64,000 nucleotides of DNA from Bdellovibrionota bacterium. Its GTDB lineage: Bacteria; Bdellovibrionota_G; JALEGL01; JAGRMV01. Each line of letters opens with the position of its first letter. Position 1 is the stretch's first letter. The notes beneath the pieces were generated by a model that saw only the letters and a program-made list of their open reading frames with translations, had not been told where the DNA came from and made no database searches. Location: the NCBI GenBank assembly GCA_041391365.1, contig JAWKOC010000001.1, positions 514,068-578,067 on the forward strand. The letters are read 5' to 3'. This document shows positions 16,322 to 25,776 of this stretch, piece after piece. A program made the translations under genes and the position numbers.

Positions 16322-18472
16322 TTAGAGTAGAAGACTTGCTGGAGTTTCAAGATAACTGATCAAAGCTTTGGTGAATTTGGCTCCCAAAGCACCATCTACG
16401 ACACGATGATCAATCGACACTGACACATTGGCCATTTGCCGTGCTACGATTTCACCATTGCGTACAACCGGACGTTCTTTGATGGCGTAAAAGCCCAGAA
16501 TTCCAACCTGAGGATAGTTGATGATCGGTGTTGCGTAGGTGCCCGCCAATGTTCCCAAACTGGTGATGGTGAAGGTTCCACCTTGCAAATCGTTGGGAGA
16601 AAGTTTTCCTTCTTGCGCTTTTTTGGCAAGAGATGAAATGTTTTGCGCAATTTCGAGCAGCCCCATTTGATCTGCATTATGAATAACAGGAACGACCAGG
16701 TCTTCATCTTTGGTCGCAACAGCAATGCCAATGTTATAATAATGTTTAACAACAATTTCACCTTGCTCTTCGTCCAAACTTGCATTGAGCATGGGGTACT
16801 GCTTCAATGCTGCACAAAGTGATTTTACCAAAAAGGGTAGATAGCTAAGTTTGATTCCCTGATCTTGGGCCAACTCTTTCAAGGCATTTCGTGCATCCAC
16901 CAAACCTGTTGCATCCAACTCATCCATGTGGGAAAAATGCGCAGCATGATCGACGGATTTCCGCATATTTTGTGCAATTACTTTTCGAATTCCTTTGAGG
17001 GGAATTCGTTCTTCATGTTGAACCGTATTTTTTGAGGTTGATCCCGTGGATGACGATGATCCTGTGACATGTTGCTTAACATCTTCCAAGGTCACACGAC
17101 CGTGATCTCCCGTTGCACGAACTTCGTTCAAATCAATTCCCTTTTCTCTGGCCAATTTGCGTGTGTAGGGGGAGGCCAGAATAGAGGACGCATCCGCAGG
17201 GGAATGCCCGTTGACCATGGGTTGAATGGGAGAGGAAAAAACAGGTTTCACATCTTTGGGTGCAGAAGATGACGCTGGCGCAGATACGCGCTCAGTTTGA
17301 TTTTTTTCTGAAGTGGTTTGAGAAGAATCACTGGATCCTGTTTGAATCAGTGCAAGTGGTGCTCCAACTTTTACGTTTTCGCCAGAGGCACCAAACGTTT
17401 TTTCAATGACTCCTTTTTTGGGTGAAGCAATTTCTACCGTGGCCTTGTCGGTCATGACTTCTACAATGGGCTGATCTTCCTCCACGGAATCGCCTTGGCC
17501 TACCAGCCATTGTACGATTTCTCCCTCTGATACGCCTTCTCCAATGTCCGGTAATTTGAACTCATACGCCATGCAACAGTTCCCTTCTGATTGTGTGTTT
17601 CGAGATCGAATCATGGAAGAAATATAATATTCTCCAGCACGATACGAACTACGTACCAATGGCCCTGAGGCCACATACGAAAAGCCATAGCTTACTGCCA
17701 GGTCTTTCCATTCTTCAAACTTTTTTGGTGAAATAAATTCGATCACTTTGTGATGCTTTTGACTGGGTTGAAGATATTGACCGATGGTCAAAAAATCTAC
17801 CCCCGCACTTCGTAAATCCTGAAAAGCTTCTTTGAGTTCTTGTTCTGTTTCGCCTAGACCTACCATGATGGAAGATTTCGTATACTGAGTCGGATTTTTT
17901 GCTTTGCAGTACGAGAGAACATTCAGAGATTTTTTGTATCCAGATCGTTGATCTCGAATGGATCGAGTCAATCGCTCTACAACTTCTATGTTGTGAGCCA
18001 ACACTTCTGGACGGGATTCCAAGAGTCGATCGAGCGCGGATGGATCTGCATTGAAGTCTGGAATGAGTGCTTCTACCAATACTCCCGGACATTTTTCATG
18101 AATCACTTGGATGGTTTTTGCAAAATGAGATGATCCGAAATCAGGTAAGTCATCTCGATCCACGGAAGTCAGGACTACATACTCAAGACCCATCAGTGCA
18201 ACCGTTTGGGCTGACTTTTCAGGTTCATTTTCGTCGGGAGGAAGAGACGGGATCCCACTTTTTACCGCACAAAATCGACATCCACGTGTGCAGGTATCTC
18301 CCATGAGCATGAGGGTCGCTGTACCGCCTGACCAGCATTCTGCAATGTTTGGGCATTTGGCTTCTTCACATACGGTGTGAAGATTGCGGGATCGGAGCAT
18401 CGACGAAATTTCTTTGTATTTTTCCCCGGAAGGAAGTCGAACTTTGATCCAGTCTGGTTTGGCTTGTCTCAC
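16322..18472 (-). CDS. single 716-codon ORF: lipoyl synthase (residues 1-300, 17573-18472) running in frame into dihydrolipoamide acyltransferase E2 (residues 301-716, ATG 17572)
   Basis: LipA part: CEEAKCPNIAECW, radical-SAM CTRGCRFCAV, VRSSYRAGEYY. E2 part: MAYEFKLPDIGEG, lipoyl-lysine MTDKA, PSBD ASPYTRKLAREKGIDL, catalytic DHRVVDG. No stop codon between them. GAAGGGAA lies 8 nt before the E2 ATG. Confidence 0.8.
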   Translation of the reverse strand: MRQAKPDWIKVRLPSGEKYKEISSMLRSRNLHTVCEEAKCPNIAECWSGGTATLMLMGDTCTRGCRFCAVKSGIPSLPPDENEPEKSAQTVALMGLEYVVLTSVDRDDLPDFGSSHFAKTIQVIHEKCPGVLVEALIPDFNADPSALDRLLESRPEVLAHNIEVVERLTRSIRDQRSGYKKSLNVLSYCKAKNPTQYTKSSIMVGLGETEQELKEAFQDLRSAGVDFLTIGQYLQPSQKHHKVIEFISPKKFEEWKDLAVSYGFSYVASGPLVRSSYRAGEYYISSMIRSRNTQSEGNCCMAYEFKLPDIGEGVSEGEIVQWLVGQGDSVEEDQPIVEVMTDKATVEIASPKKGVIEKTFGASGENVKVGAPLALIQTGSSDSSQTTSEKNQTERVSAPASSSAPKDVKPVFSSPIQPMVNGHSPADASSILASPYTRKLAREKGIDLNEVRATGDHGRVTLEDVKQHVTGSSSSTGSTSKNTVQHEERIPLKGIRKVIAQNMRKSVDHAAHFSHMDELDATGLVDARNALKELAQDQGIKLSYLPFLVKSLCAALKQYPMLNASLDEEQGEIVVKHYYNIGIAVATKDEDLVVPVIHNADQMGLLEIAQNISSLAKKAQEGKLSPNDLQGGTFTITSLGTLAGTYATPIINYPQVGILGFYAIKERPVVRNGEIVARQMANVSVSIDHRVVDGALGAKFTKALISYLETPASLLL

Positions 18473-18531
18473 GGCAGACTATATATATACCTGAGTGAGA
18501 GTCCTCGCAAGTTGATCAAGGAGAAAGGAGG

Positions 18532-19662
18532 TTATTTGGATGGGGCCAACTGGATGGGTTGGGCTACGCAGACCTGGTTTTTGCCCAGTTCCTTGGCTTT
18601 GTACATCGCGACATCCGCAGCTTGAAGAAATAGATTTTTTCTTTTCTTGATGTCTCCCATTTGGGGAACGTGGTCATGAAGCGATGCCAAGCCAATGCTG
18701 GCTGAAAGCACCCCCTTGAAATTGATGAATGAGCCTTCTAGGTCGCTGTTTTCAATCATGAACATTTTTTGATGAATTTTTTCTCGGGTGAGGCTTGCTA
18801 CTTGAATGGCTTGTTCAAGAGGTACACCCGGCAAAATGGCGCAAAACTCGTCCCCACCATATCGAGCCAAAGTGGCCGAAGACACTCGAATGGATTCTCG
18901 TAAGATGATGCTCACTTCTCTTAGGGTTTGAGACCCCACCAAATGTCCATGATGGTCGTTGATGCTTTTGAAATGATCCAAATCCATAAAAAAAAGAATC
19001 AAGGGGGTTTGATGGGTTTCAGCTTCTTGAATGTCGACCAAAAGTCTCTCATGAAAATATCGATCATTGAAAAGTCCAGTAAGGTGATCTCGCTTGGTCA
19101 TCTCGCGATTTTTCTTGGAGTCGATTGCATTCTGCAAGGACATGCTCAAAAAGCCACTGACAATTTCTGTGAGCTTGTGGTCACGAAGCGTAAATCCAAG
19201 AGGATCTTTCTTGTTGAAAATCGCCAACACTCCCACGGCGGTTTTTCCGAGGGTGATGGGGTAGGTCAATGCACTCTGACAGCTTTTTGGAAGATGGATT
19301 TTGTCCATGATCAAGGGAGGTTCATAGGCTGACCCTTTGAGAATTTGAGACTTGTTGAGCGAATAACTCTCTCCAATCACACCTTGATTGCTGATGGTTT
19401 TCATCCCAATCAATGGCGTAACAGGAATTCCCAAACCAGCAATATAGATCAGATTGCGAGCCCCGGAAGAATCCTCCATGGGTGCGTTTGGATCATCAAT
19501 GAGCAACACAAGGCCTTCTGCAGGAATAAAACTGGCCAAGTCTGTGAGCAATTTGACAATCGTATGCTGCAATTCAACTTCTTCGTTGGAAGATGTTGTT
19601 TTTCGTAATCGATTGAAATATTGGCTGAGTTGTTCGGGTTCTACACACCGACACGATAGCAT
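18532..19662 (-). CDS. GAF-domain diguanylate cyclase (GGDEF)
   Basis: DHLTGLFNDRYF, DLDHFKSINDHHGH, active-site RYGGDEFCAIL. The N-terminal ~190 residues are GAF-like. Confidence 0.9.
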   Translation of the reverse strand: MLSCRCVEPEQLSQYFNRLRKTTSSNEEVELQHTIVKLLTDLASFIPAEGLVLLIDDPNAPMEDSSGARNLIYIAGLGIPVTPLIGMKTISNQGVIGESYSLNKSQILKGSAYEPPLIMDKIHLPKSCQSALTYPITLGKTAVGVLAIFNKKDPLGFTLRDHKLTEIVSGFLSMSLQNAIDSKKNREMTKRDHLTGLFNDRYFHERLLVDIQEAETHQTPLILFFMDLDHFKSINDHHGHLVGSQTLREVSIILRESIRVSSATLARYGGDEFCAILPGVPLEQAIQVASLTREKIHQKMFMIENSDLEGSFINFKGVLSASIGLASLHDHVPQMGDIKKRKNLFLQAADVAMYKAKELGKNQVCVAQPIQLAPSK

Positions 19663-19703
19663 ATAAACTCAATTATAATGGTTAGATACAAAGAAAGAAA
19701 GTC

Positions 19704-20186
19704 TTACTTTTGTTTTTCTTGCAGCATCGACTCTGCCGCCACCAAAAGACGGCTGTTCAAAATGGCTGGATCGTAGCGAACCAAATTTTCAAAATAAGCC
19801 GTGGCCATATCAAAATTGCCCCCTGCGGTATAGCAAAGACCCAGTAGGTATTCGGCTTTGAGATTTCCACCCGAGGCGTCGACGCATTTTTTTAGCCAGG
19901 AGATGGCTTGTTCGTATTCTTTCAGGCCATACAAAGCTTCTCCTATCAAGAGCATAAATACGGGGTGCTGTGCATCGGTTTGTTGCAAGGCGTTTGCGAG
20001 GTCCAAGGCTTTGGACCACTGTTTGGTTTCAAGAAAAATCCATGTTTTTTCTATTAAAACATTGGTATCATTCGGATTTTTTTCAAGATAACCTTCGATG
20101 GTTTGAAGAGCTCGCTCATGATTTTGTTCATGCGCAAGTCGTTGAATTTCGATCATTGTTTTTCGTTTGGTCCACCATGTAAGCAT
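19704..20186 (-). CDS. tetratricopeptide-repeat protein
   Basis: Repeated A..Y...G.Y..A 34-residue TPR pattern across the 160 aa. Confidence 0.7.
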   Translation of the reverse strand: MLTWWTKRKTMIEIQRLAHEQNHERALQTIEGYLEKNPNDTNVLIEKTWIFLETKQWSKALDLANALQQTDAQHPVFMLLIGEALYGLKEYEQAISWLKKCVDASGGNLKAEYLLGLCYTAGGNFDMATAYFENLVRYDPAILNSRLLVAAESMLQEKQK

Positions 20187-20346
20187 GGATTATCGTAACA
20201 AAATCAAGTCGACACGCATAGTTTTGTATATCAACGGTTTGCTCAGAGGGGGCTTTGTTTTTGTTTGACCTTTGGATAGGCTGCGGACATAATGCCTTGA
20301 AACTACGTAAGGAGATACCATTTCGAATCAAAATGACATTTGGGAT

Positions 20347-21033
20347 TTGGTGGATGAACAGAGCCGAAAGGCCGAATCGCATTTGGCCATCAAGGTATAT
20401 TTGCACAAGCAACTTCTGAAGGTTGTGCGACTTGATCCTACAGTCACTTATATCGGTCGTATGCCTGAGAACCACGTGGTGATCGATGATGAAAAAGCAT
20501 CTCGATCTCATGCTCGCGTGATTTTTGAAAAAGGTGTGTATTACATTGAAGATCAAAAAAGCGAAAATGGGGTCTATCTCAACGGAGAAAAAGTACAAAA
20601 AGCCAAAGTCACGGTAGGAGACCAGGTTCTGATTGGCAGTCATATCTTGGAGATCGCTGCAGCCCAAGGCCACGTGCAACCGGCGTCTCTGGACGAGCAA
20701 ATTGAACTTGCAACAGACGAAGACTGGAGATTGGAAGACACCATCAGTGTTCATACGGGAAAACGTCCCGCCATTCAGGAAGTTGAAAAAGGCGCTCCAA
20801 AATCCAAACAGCCTTCGATAGATCAATCCAAGGTGCCGACCAATCCCAAAGACAAAACACCCAGCCTGCCAGAACTTTTTATGGTGTTGAAAATTGGAAA
20901 TGAAAGCATTGAAAAAAAGGTTGTGTTCGAAAAAGGTCGAAAACTCAAACAACCCTCCAACGAAAATGCCATTGTTGTGGCCTTAAAAATTGGTCGTTGG
21001 GTGATGGAAAAGAAAATTCAGCTGGTAGAGTAA
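20347..21033 (+). CDS. FHA-domain protein
   Basis: TYIGRMPENHVVIDDEKASRSHARVIFEKGVYYIEDQKSENGVYLNGEKV. The start codon is uncertain (TTG 20347 or GTG 20350); an AAGGAG at 20309 is not well placed for either. Confidence 0.75.
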   Translation: MVDEQSRKAESHLAIKVYLHKQLLKVVRLDPTVTYIGRMPENHVVIDDEKASRSHARVIFEKGVYYIEDQKSENGVYLNGEKVQKAKVTVGDQVLIGSHILEIAAAQGHVQPASLDEQIELATDEDWRLEDTISVHTGKRPAIQEVEKGAPKSKQPSIDQSKVPTNPKDKTPSLPELFMVLKIGNESIEKKVVFEKGRKLKQPSNENAIVVALKIGRWVMEKKIQLVE

Positions 21034-21037
21034 AAAA

Positions 21038-21883
21038 ATGAGGGTTCGTAAGGAATTCCTCGCACAGGCTTTTGCCGAAGATTTAGGGGAAGAAGGGGAC
21101 ATTACGAGTTTGGCACTCATTTCCAAGCAGGAAATGGGGTTCGGTCGAATACTGGCAAAGCAAGATCTACGGCTATGTGGAATAGACATTGCCTATCAGG
21201 TGTTCTCTTTTTTGCAGCCCAAAATCCAATGGACCCAGTACTTTCATGATGGAGAAGAAGTTGAGAAGGGCAACGTCATCGCGACGGTGGAAGGACCTCT
21301 TCACCAGCTGCTCAGTTCAGAGCGTATTGCTTTGAATTTACTTCAACATCTTTCTGGGATATCTACTCTAACTGCTGAATATGTAAGTAAAACCATAGGA
21401 ACAAAAGTCAAAATTCTGGATACACGAAAAACTCTCCCACTGTACAGAGATTTGGAAAAATATGCGGTGCGAATGGGCGGAGGCATGAATCATCGTATGG
21501 GTCTGTATGATCAGATGATGATCAAAGACAATCATGTTCATCAGGTCAATATGTTGGAAACTGTTCAAACCGCCAGAGTTCAATACCCCCATACGTTTTT
21601 GATTGTAGAAATCCATCGGCATGACCAAATTGAGCCGGCCATCCAGGGTGGGGCCGATCGTCTGCTCTTGGACAATATGGACGATGAGCAACTTAAAAAA
21701 GCCATCGAGATCATCCAAGGTAGAGTTCCCATCGAAATTTCGGGAGGCATTACTTTGGAGAAAATTGCCCTGCTAAGTTTGATGAACATTGACTATATTT
21801 CGGTAGGTGCCATTACGCACTCAGTCAAATCCTGCGATATCAGTCTCAAAATCGAAAGAATTCCAGGTCATACCCACGCATAA
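21038..21883 (+). CDS. nadC: nicotinate-nucleotide diphosphorylase (carboxylating) / quinolinate phosphoribosyltransferase
   Basis: SERIALNLLQHLSGISTLT, ILDTRKTLP, YAVRMGGGMNHRMGLYD, MIKDNH. Confidence 0.9.
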   Translation: MRVRKEFLAQAFAEDLGEEGDITSLALISKQEMGFGRILAKQDLRLCGIDIAYQVFSFLQPKIQWTQYFHDGEEVEKGNVIATVEGPLHQLLSSERIALNLLQHLSGISTLTAEYVSKTIGTKVKILDTRKTLPLYRDLEKYAVRMGGGMNHRMGLYDQMMIKDNHVHQVNMLETVQTARVQYPHTFLIVEIHRHDQIEPAIQGGADRLLLDNMDDEQLKKAIEIIQGRVPIEISGGITLEKIALLSLMNIDYISVGAITHSVKSCDISLKIERIPGHTHA

Positions 21884-21967
21884 GCTCGATAATAAGTGGA
21901 CATTTTGGCCCAGCTTTTATAGAACGAGCTACTTTTACAAACACAACTGGTGATTGAGGGAGATTAC

Positions 21968-23284
21968 ATGACTCAAGGGAAAATCAATATCAAACCTGCC
22001 AAAGGCAAATTGGGAATTTTGGTTCCAGGAATGGGTGCGGTTGCATCTACGTTCATGGTAGGTGTAGAAGCCGTTCGAAAAGGCTTGGGACTTCCCATTG
22101 GATCATTGACTCAAATGGGTCGTGTACGATTGGGAAAACGAACCGACAATCGCAATCCTTTGATCAAAGAATTTGTTCCTCTTGCGGATCTTTCCGACAT
22201 CGAATTTGGTGGGTGGGATTTGTTTCCTGATTCTTGCTACGAAGTTGCCAAAAAAAATCATGTGATTTTTGGAGACTTGCTTGAAAAAGTAAAAGAAGAA
22301 ACTCATGCGATCAAACCTTGGAAAGCTGTTTTTGACCCCAAGTATGTAACTCGATTGAGTGGTGATTATGTCAAAACGGGATCATCCAAAATGGATCTGG
22401 CCAAGCAACTGATGGACGACATGGCCAAATTCAAAGCGGAAAAAAATCTCGATCGAATGGTGATGGTCTGGTGTGGATCCACCGAAGCCTATTTGAAACC
22501 TGGTGCGGTACATGAAACCATTGAAAGTTTTGAAAAAGGACTGAACGAAAATCATCCAGACATCGCTCCGAGCATGATCTATGCCTATGCAGCCATCAAA
22601 TCTGGTGTAGCTGTGGCCAACGGTGCTCCCAACCTTACAGTAGACATTCCTGCATTGATTCAGCTCTCCAAAGAACATGGTGTGGCCATTTCCGGAAAAG
22701 ATTTCAAAACGGGTCAGACCTTGATGAAAACCATTTTAGCTCCTGGACTCAAATCTCGATTGTTGGGTGCCGAAGGGTGGTTTTCCATGAACATTCTTGG
22801 AAACCGAGACGGCGAAGTGCTCGATGCTCCTGAAAATTTCAAAACCAAAGAGGAATCCAAACTTTCTGTGTTGGAACACATTCTTCAGCCAGATCTATAT
22901 CCTGAATTATACAAAGATTTGGTTCACAAAGTTCGAATCAATTATTATCCTCCACGCGGAGACAACAAAGAAAGTTGGGACAACATCGATATTTTTGGGT
23001 GGTTGAACTACAAAATGCAGATCAAAGTAAACTTTCTGTGCAAAGATTCCATTTTGGCAGCTCCCATTGTATTGGATTTGGCATTGTTCAGTGATTTTGC
23101 ACAGCGTGCAGGGTTTACGGGAATTCAAGAGTGGTTGTCTTTTTATTACAAATCACCTCAAACAGCTCCCGGACTTTATCCAGAGCATGATATTTTCATT
23201 CAGCTCATGAAATTGAAAAATACGCTTCGATACACACAAGGAGAGGATATGATCACTCACCTTGGACGAGAATATTACGATTGA
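21968..23284 (+). CDS. ino1: inositol-3-phosphate synthase (myo-inositol-1-phosphate synthase)
   Basis: LGILVPGMGAVAST, GKDFKTGQTLMKT, WFSMNILGNRDGEVL. GAGGGAG Shine-Dalgarno 6 nt before ATG 21968. Confidence 0.9.
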   Translation: MTQGKINIKPAKGKLGILVPGMGAVASTFMVGVEAVRKGLGLPIGSLTQMGRVRLGKRTDNRNPLIKEFVPLADLSDIEFGGWDLFPDSCYEVAKKNHVIFGDLLEKVKEETHAIKPWKAVFDPKYVTRLSGDYVKTGSSKMDLAKQLMDDMAKFKAEKNLDRMVMVWCGSTEAYLKPGAVHETIESFEKGLNENHPDIAPSMIYAYAAIKSGVAVANGAPNLTVDIPALIQLSKEHGVAISGKDFKTGQTLMKTILAPGLKSRLLGAEGWFSMNILGNRDGEVLDAPENFKTKEESKLSVLEHILQPDLYPELYKDLVHKVRINYYPPRGDNKESWDNIDIFGWLNYKMQIKVNFLCKDSILAAPIVLDLALFSDFAQRAGFTGIQEWLSFYYKSPQTAPGLYPEHDIFIQLMKLKNTLRYTQGEDMITHLGREYYD

Positions 23285-23291
23285 TCAAAGA

Positions 23292-23714
23292 TCAGGGCGT
23301 TTCATAACGCTCATCGTTTTTTCGTTTTTGCTCCTTGGCAACGGCTCCCAAATGGGATTCTGAGCGCACTTTTGCGTGAACAATGAGTTTGTTGGGGCAG
23401 TAGAGATTGCCCGTGACCACACAAATCAGCCATTGACCGGGATCTTTGCTTTCTTTGATGCGTAGGGAGAAAAGCTCTGGATGCGGCTCATCAAATTTCT
23501 TTTCATATAGGTGTGGCAAATCAAAGGATGATTTGGAAAACAACCCAAAGAAAAAATGATGACTCCATGTCTTTACTTTCAAATCTTGAGTCTCTACACC
23601 CTCAGGAGCAGGCGTCCAGTTCAATGAAGCGGATGGATCCGTAGATTTGATGCTAAGGCTTGCGCAGGATGTGAGCATCAACGCTGTGCTCACCAAGATC
23701 ACCCATGATTTCAT
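23292..23714 (-). CDS. hypothetical lipoprotein
   Basis: MKSWVILVSTALMLTSCAS lipobox (LTSC) at the internal start. The longer ORF-track N-terminus overlaps the divergent rmuC upstream region. Confidence 0.55.
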   Translation of the reverse strand: MKSWVILVSTALMLTSCASLSIKSTDPSASLNWTPAPEGVETQDLKVKTWSHHFFFGLFSKSSFDLPHLYEKKFDEPHPELFSLRIKESKDPGQWLICVVTGNLYCPNKLIVHAKVRSESHLGAVAKEQKRKNDERYETP

Positions 23715-23750
23715 AGAAGAAAATGTACATTCTTTTATGCATTTTTCATA

Positions 23751-25175
23751 ATGTTTTCCAGCTTGGAAGCTTTCCCTGTCTTTGATATATCGATGTGTAT
23801 GATTGGAAATGCGTTCGGGATCCTCTTTTTGGGCATTGCATGCGGAGCCTGCGTTGCAGGATTGGTCTCTTGGTTCATTTTCCGACAATGGAAATCTCAT
23901 CAGCATCAACATGAGGCCCAGCTTCTTACCCAGTTGGAATCAGAAAAACTTTGTTCAAAAAATCTTTCTGAGGAAAAAGACAAGTGGGCTACCAAAGCTG
24001 CTGAGGTGGAAAAAGAGCTGATCAAATACCAAACCACGTTGGAAAAAGATCAACAGCGCTACGAAGAAAATCTTCAAAGCATCGAAAAATTGAAAACACA
24101 GATTCAATCTGAATTCAAAGTTTTGTCCTCCCAAGCCTTAAAAGAAAACCAGGAATCATTTTTGACCTTGGCCCAACAAAATCTGGAAAAATTTCACATC
24201 CAGGCCAAGGAAAACTTGGAAAAGAAAGAGCAGTCCATTCATCATCTGGTATCTCCGATTCGGGAAAGTCTGGACAAATTTGAAAAACAGGTCAAAGACA
24301 TGGAAAACAAAAGGGAAGGGGCCTACGAAACTTTGGTCAACCAAGTTCAGTTTCTTCACCAAAGCAATCAAGCTCTGCGCGATGAAACCAACAACTTGGT
24401 TCACGCACTCAAGTCACCCCGGGTTCGAGGCCGTTGGGGAGAAATTCAACTCAAAAAAATTGTCGAAGTTGCTGGAATGCTCAATCACTGCGATTTTACA
24501 GAGCAAGCTCACAAACAAGTTGACGGTGCGGGTGCCATTCGGCCAGATATGATCATTCAGCTTCCAGGAAACAAAAATATTGTGGTGGATGCAAAAACAC
24601 CTCTGGAATCTTATATTGAGTCGTTTGAAACCGATGATGAGAATCTCAAGAGAGAAAAACTCGCCGCACATGCACGTCATGTAAAAGCTCATGTTCTATC
24701 TCTAAGTCGAAAAACATATTGGCAAAATTTTCAACCCAGCCCTGAATTTGTGCTCCTCTACTTGCCGGGAGATATGATTTATTATTCGGCTTTGCAAGAA
24801 GACCCTACCTTGATCGAGGCATCTGCAAAACTCAAAGTGATGATCGCAACTCCTACGAGTTTTTTGACGATGCTCCGAGCTGTAGCCATGAGTTGGAAAG
24901 AAGTCGAAACCAACCAAAATGCTGCCAAAATAGCTCAGTTGGGACAAGAGCTTTATGAGAGATTGCAAACGTTAAGCAAACATTTCAACGATGTTGGAGT
25001 CAAGCTAGGCCAAACGGTAGGGAGCTACAACAAAGCACTTCGATCGTTCGAGGCACGAGCCTTGGTAACCGCCAGAAAATTCCATCAACTTCAAAACGAT
25101 GAAAAAGTCGATTTGGATTCTCCCATGCCGGTGGATCAGGTCCCCCTTGCCCTTGAATCTCATTCTGGCGATTGA
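23751..25175 (+). CDS. rmuC: DNA recombination protein RmuC
   Basis: N-terminal TM helix, long coiled coil, and nuclease-like core RPDMIIQLPGNKNIVVDAKTPLESY. An alternative start is ATG 23799. Confidence 0.85.
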   Translation: MFSSLEAFPVFDISMCMIGNAFGILFLGIACGACVAGLVSWFIFRQWKSHQHQHEAQLLTQLESEKLCSKNLSEEKDKWATKAAEVEKELIKYQTTLEKDQQRYEENLQSIEKLKTQIQSEFKVLSSQALKENQESFLTLAQQNLEKFHIQAKENLEKKEQSIHHLVSPIRESLDKFEKQVKDMENKREGAYETLVNQVQFLHQSNQALRDETNNLVHALKSPRVRGRWGEIQLKKIVEVAGMLNHCDFTEQAHKQVDGAGAIRPDMIIQLPGNKNIVVDAKTPLESYIESFETDDENLKREKLAAHARHVKAHVLSLSRKTYWQNFQPSPEFVLLYLPGDMIYYSALQEDPTLIEASAKLKVMIATPTSFLTMLRAVAMSWKEVETNQNAAKIAQLGQELYERLQTLSKHFNDVGVKLGQTVGSYNKALRSFEARALVTARKFHQLQNDEKVDLDSPMPVDQVPLALESHSGD

Positions 25176-25308
25176 TTTTCCTTATTCTTTTCTTCACATT
25201 TCTGGGCGGAAAAAAACTTGATGATCAACGGTGTGCTGATACCGTGTATTCTCAATGATTGTGATGGAATGCACCCGCGTAGTCAACAACGATAGAAAGT
25301 AGGCATCT

Positions 25309-25776
25309 ATGATTGAAAAGGGACAACATTTTCCAACTTTTTCATTGCCCAATCAAGACGGTGTATGGATCACCAATCAAGACCACGCAGGAAAATGGGC
25401 TGTGTTTTTTCTTTATCCCAAAGATGATACCCCCGGTTGTACCCTAGAAAGCCAAGCTTTTTCCGCCAGAAAAAAGGATTTCGATGCTTTGAATGTTTGC
25501 GTGTATGGACTTAGTCAAGATTCGGTTTCCTCTCATCAGGCATTTTGCAAAAAATACAGCCTCGCAACGCAGATGTTGTCCGATGAAAACCAGGAACTTC
25601 TCAAAGCTCTGGATTTGGGACAAAGTCAATGGAAAGGACAATCTTTTTGGGATCGCACCACGGTTGTGGTCAATCCCCAGGGAAACATTCAAACGATTTA
25701 TAAAAATGTAGATCCACGTGGTCATGAGTTGCAGGTATTGCAAGACATCCAACGATGGATGGGAGAACGATCATGA
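25309..25776 (+). CDS. bcp: thioredoxin-dependent peroxiredoxin Bcp
   Basis: FFLYPKDDTPGCTLE peroxidatic-Cys motif; 155 aa. Confidence 0.9.
   Translation: MIEKGQHFPTFSLPNQDGVWITNQDHAGKWAVFFLYPKDDTPGCTLESQAFSARKKDFDALNVCVYGLSQDSVSSHQAFCKKYSLATQMLSDENQELLKALDLGQSQWKGQSFWDRTTVVVNPQGNIQTIYKNVDPRGHELQVLQDIQRWMGERS

Noticed and set aside
20128-20952. 274-codon ORF on the minus strand
   Set aside because: It is antisense to the FHA-domain gene and overlaps the TPR gene start. Its Phe/Leu-rich composition is typical of the reverse frame of an A/G-rich coding strand, and no motif is present.
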